Assembly (NCBI GenBank): GCA_951406725.2
Contig: OX597816.1
Coordinates: forward strand, 78,616,001 to 78,680,000
Source: Octopus vulgaris
Taxonomy: Eukaryota
Direction of reading: 5' to 3'
DNA length: 64,000 bases
Numbering within the stretch: the stretch's first letter is position 1; each line of letters starts with the position of its first letter. A program made the translations under genes and the position numbers. A model generated the notes under the pieces. It had not been told where the DNA came from and made no database searches. It saw only the letters and a program-made list of their open reading frames with translations. This document shows positions 61,608 through 64,000 of this stretch, one piece after another.

Positions 61608-61945
61608 AGGCACAAAGCTCAATGGTCAGAGTGTCGGAATCACAATCATTAGGTAGTGAGTTTGATTCTTGGACCAGGCTGTGTGTTGTATTCTTGAGCA
61701 AGATACTTTAGTTTTTATGTTGTTCCAGTTCACTCATCTGTAGAAATGAGTTGCAACGTCACTGGTGCCAAGCTGTATCAGCCTCTCTCTTTCTCTTGGA
61801 TAACTTTGGTGGCATTGGAGAGGGGAAGCTGGTATGTTTAGATGACTGCTGGTCTTCCATAAACAATCTTGCCTGGACTGGTGCCTTGGAGGGTAACTTT
61901 CTAGGTGCAATCTCATGGTCATTCATGACAAAAGGGAATTTTTAT
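61608..61945 (+). mobile_element. tRNA-headed SINE, family 3
   Basis: gctcaatggtcagagtg...gagtttgattct head followed by a gttgtattcttgagcaagatactt core-like block. Confidence 0.6.
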
Positions 61946-61971
61946 GCTAGTCATAGAGTATGTATATAGAT

Positions 61972-61987
61972 ATCATCATCGTCGTCG

Positions 61988-62075
<88 letters not shown>

Positions 62076-62100
62076 CATCGTCGTCGTCGTCGTCGTTGTT
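61972..62100. repeat. (CAT)n microsatellite
   Basis: Direct inspection. One of many microsatellites: (TAA)n, (TA)n, (CA)n, (TATC)n. Confidence 0.95.
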
Positions 62101-63065
62101 GTTTAACGTCTGCTTTCCATGCTGACATGGTTTGACATAGTGCTGGCCAGTAGGGTGCTGTTCAGACTCCAATTGTCTATTGTGGCATGATTTCTATGGC
62201 TAGATGCCCTTCCTAATGCCAACAACTTAACAGAGTGTGCTGGGTGCTTCTTATGTGCCACTGGCATGAGTGTGTTTACACAACACTGGCACAGGTGCAT
62301 TGATGCACTGACATGGGTGCTTTTTTAAGTGGGACCAACACCTGAAAGGACAAGCCTGTATATGTGGAAGACAGTGATTTTATTTAGCTTGACACATTTC
62401 CACCATTTCCTCTTCCTCCATTTCTGCATCCTCTATTTCCTCCTCCTCCTCCAAAAGATTTCAACGACTTCCTATGACTTCCTCTCATCTCAACCAATAC
62501 GCTACTCTTTATAAGACTTCAGCTAGTCCATTTTTCCAATCCCCCAGGGGTGTCAATGGCTCTCGCCACAACATATAGAGAGGAGAAAATTTTATTTTTG
62601 CATTTGTTTTGATTTTGCACAATCAGTAATATTTTTGCTATTTGTCATCCTTTTTAATGAGTCATTCTTTCATTGTTGTTTAGTCTCATATCAACTCTGA
62701 TCTAATAGATCTATGGTCAAAGGCATTTTTAGCCATGACCAATCCATTTTTTTTCAGACAGAGTAGGTGAAACTGCATTATCCAATATGTCTGTATTCAT
62801 TAAGTCTAAGTTTTAAGTATTTAAGGTGACATAATTAACTTTCAGAGCAAAAGGGTAGTAGTAAGAACAATAGACCCAAGTGGTAAAATATAGGTTCCAG
62901 GTTCAATCATCAAAGATCATTGGAGAGAATACTAATTAAAATTTGGTGTCAAAAGCACAAAGAAAAAAACGAGCAACAGCACAGAACAGATTTTTTCTTA
63001 CTCTATGATTGTTTTATCAAAGAAACTTTATTAAGAGAAATATCAAAGAAACTGAGATTAATTAC

Positions 63066-63218
63066 CTTTATTACTTTCAGTTGTGTGATCACTTTTGGGT
63101 ATTGATTGTCCCGGCAGTTTGTATGTATAGGGTTGAACACGTTGCCATTCATAATCTGCTGTACCTTCACTAACCATTCCACAAATGTTGTTATCAAATG
63201 GGCAAAATGCTTTAGTTG
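63066..63218 (-). CDS. MAM-array gene, exon a (N-terminal half of MAM domain A)
   Basis: ttccag|CA acceptor, G|gtaat donor, 153 nt, phase 1-1. Translates (x)TKAFCPFDNNICGMVSEGTADYEWQRVQ...PKSDHTTESNK, matching the MAM CxFxxxxC...W...PxxDHT motifs. Confidence 0.9.
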
Positions 63219-64000
63219 CTGGAACATGAAATTGAAAATAATGTAGTTTCAATGAATTTTATGAACAAATACATGAAATTATCTAATTCATCTAGTAAAT
63301 GGTTTTGTTAGTTAACTGAAGGAGGTGCTCAAAGGAATTAATAACTGTATTATACTGGCACTAAAATCCAGCATATACTGATAAGATATTAAATTGTCCT
63401 TGTTAATCTCATCGGAATTATTAATAGATAAAACAGTAACAATAATTATATTATCTAAACACATAACTAGCAATCAATAAATACAATTTTTCCTTAATTA
63501 CATGATATATTATTATTTCCATCATTAACTTGTATTAACATATCAATAAGGTGATGAATTTGATTTTGGTCTTAAAGCCAATAACCAGATATTTCCCAAA
63601 ATAGTAATCACTATGGTTTTTCTGTAGTATACATCTAACAAATCCTCTCAGTACTGTGCCATGGTTAAGAGAGACAAGTCTAATACACTACCTGGTTCTT
63701 GGGTTCCTTCAGCAGAGCTCATTTTGTCACAAGCATTCATACTCCCTGATTTCTTTCCACCTATATTACTGACCTACTGATTTTCAGGATGAGCATTGGC
63801 TATATCAGTCTCACCAGTCTGTATTGGCATGCAAAAACCACAACTGCCTTCCTTCTAATCTGATCATGTTTTATAACAGAAAATAATTATTGGAAATAGG
63901 TCTAACTCACAAATGCAAGAATAAACATCATTGAGTATGTTGGCTTACTGTGTTTAATTCAATTACTCATGTAATAAATGCTAACTGTAATAGAACAGTA

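Noticed and set aside
61944-62172. Poly-His and poly-Asp ORFs
   Set aside because: A (CAT)n microsatellite at a retroposon tail.

Overview
AT-rich, microsatellite- and transposon-dense animal genomic DNA. The SINE, LINE and Penelope families resemble those I recall from Octopus; this is an inference, not a search result. The whole window lies inside one minus-strand host gene. I reconstructed 8 internal coding exons (63066-63218, 61002-61242, 55456-55550, 53924-54049, 47085-47435, 44176-44334, 18723-19061, 16223-16312), all with AG/GT boundaries and matching phases. They give 1554 nt of uninterrupted frame encoding three complete MAM domains and the start of a fourth; I found neither the start nor the stop of the gene. 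All three complete MAM domains lack the canonical third Cys and carry a Cys at a new, shared position (WxxxC). The introns (1.4-25 kb) contain an RTE-type LINE with a PHD finger inside its RT, a BovB-like RTE, many Dong/R4-like RLE LINE pieces in (TAA)n tracts, a near-intact IR/DR Tc1 element, a Chapaev3-like transposon, Gypsy LTR remnants, Penelope-like elements with variant minimal hammerhead motifs, tRNA-derived SINEs and at least six long fold-back inverted repeats. No prokaryotic features, CRISPR arrays or rRNA/tRNA genes are supported. TE boundaries without a TSD or TIR are approximate.
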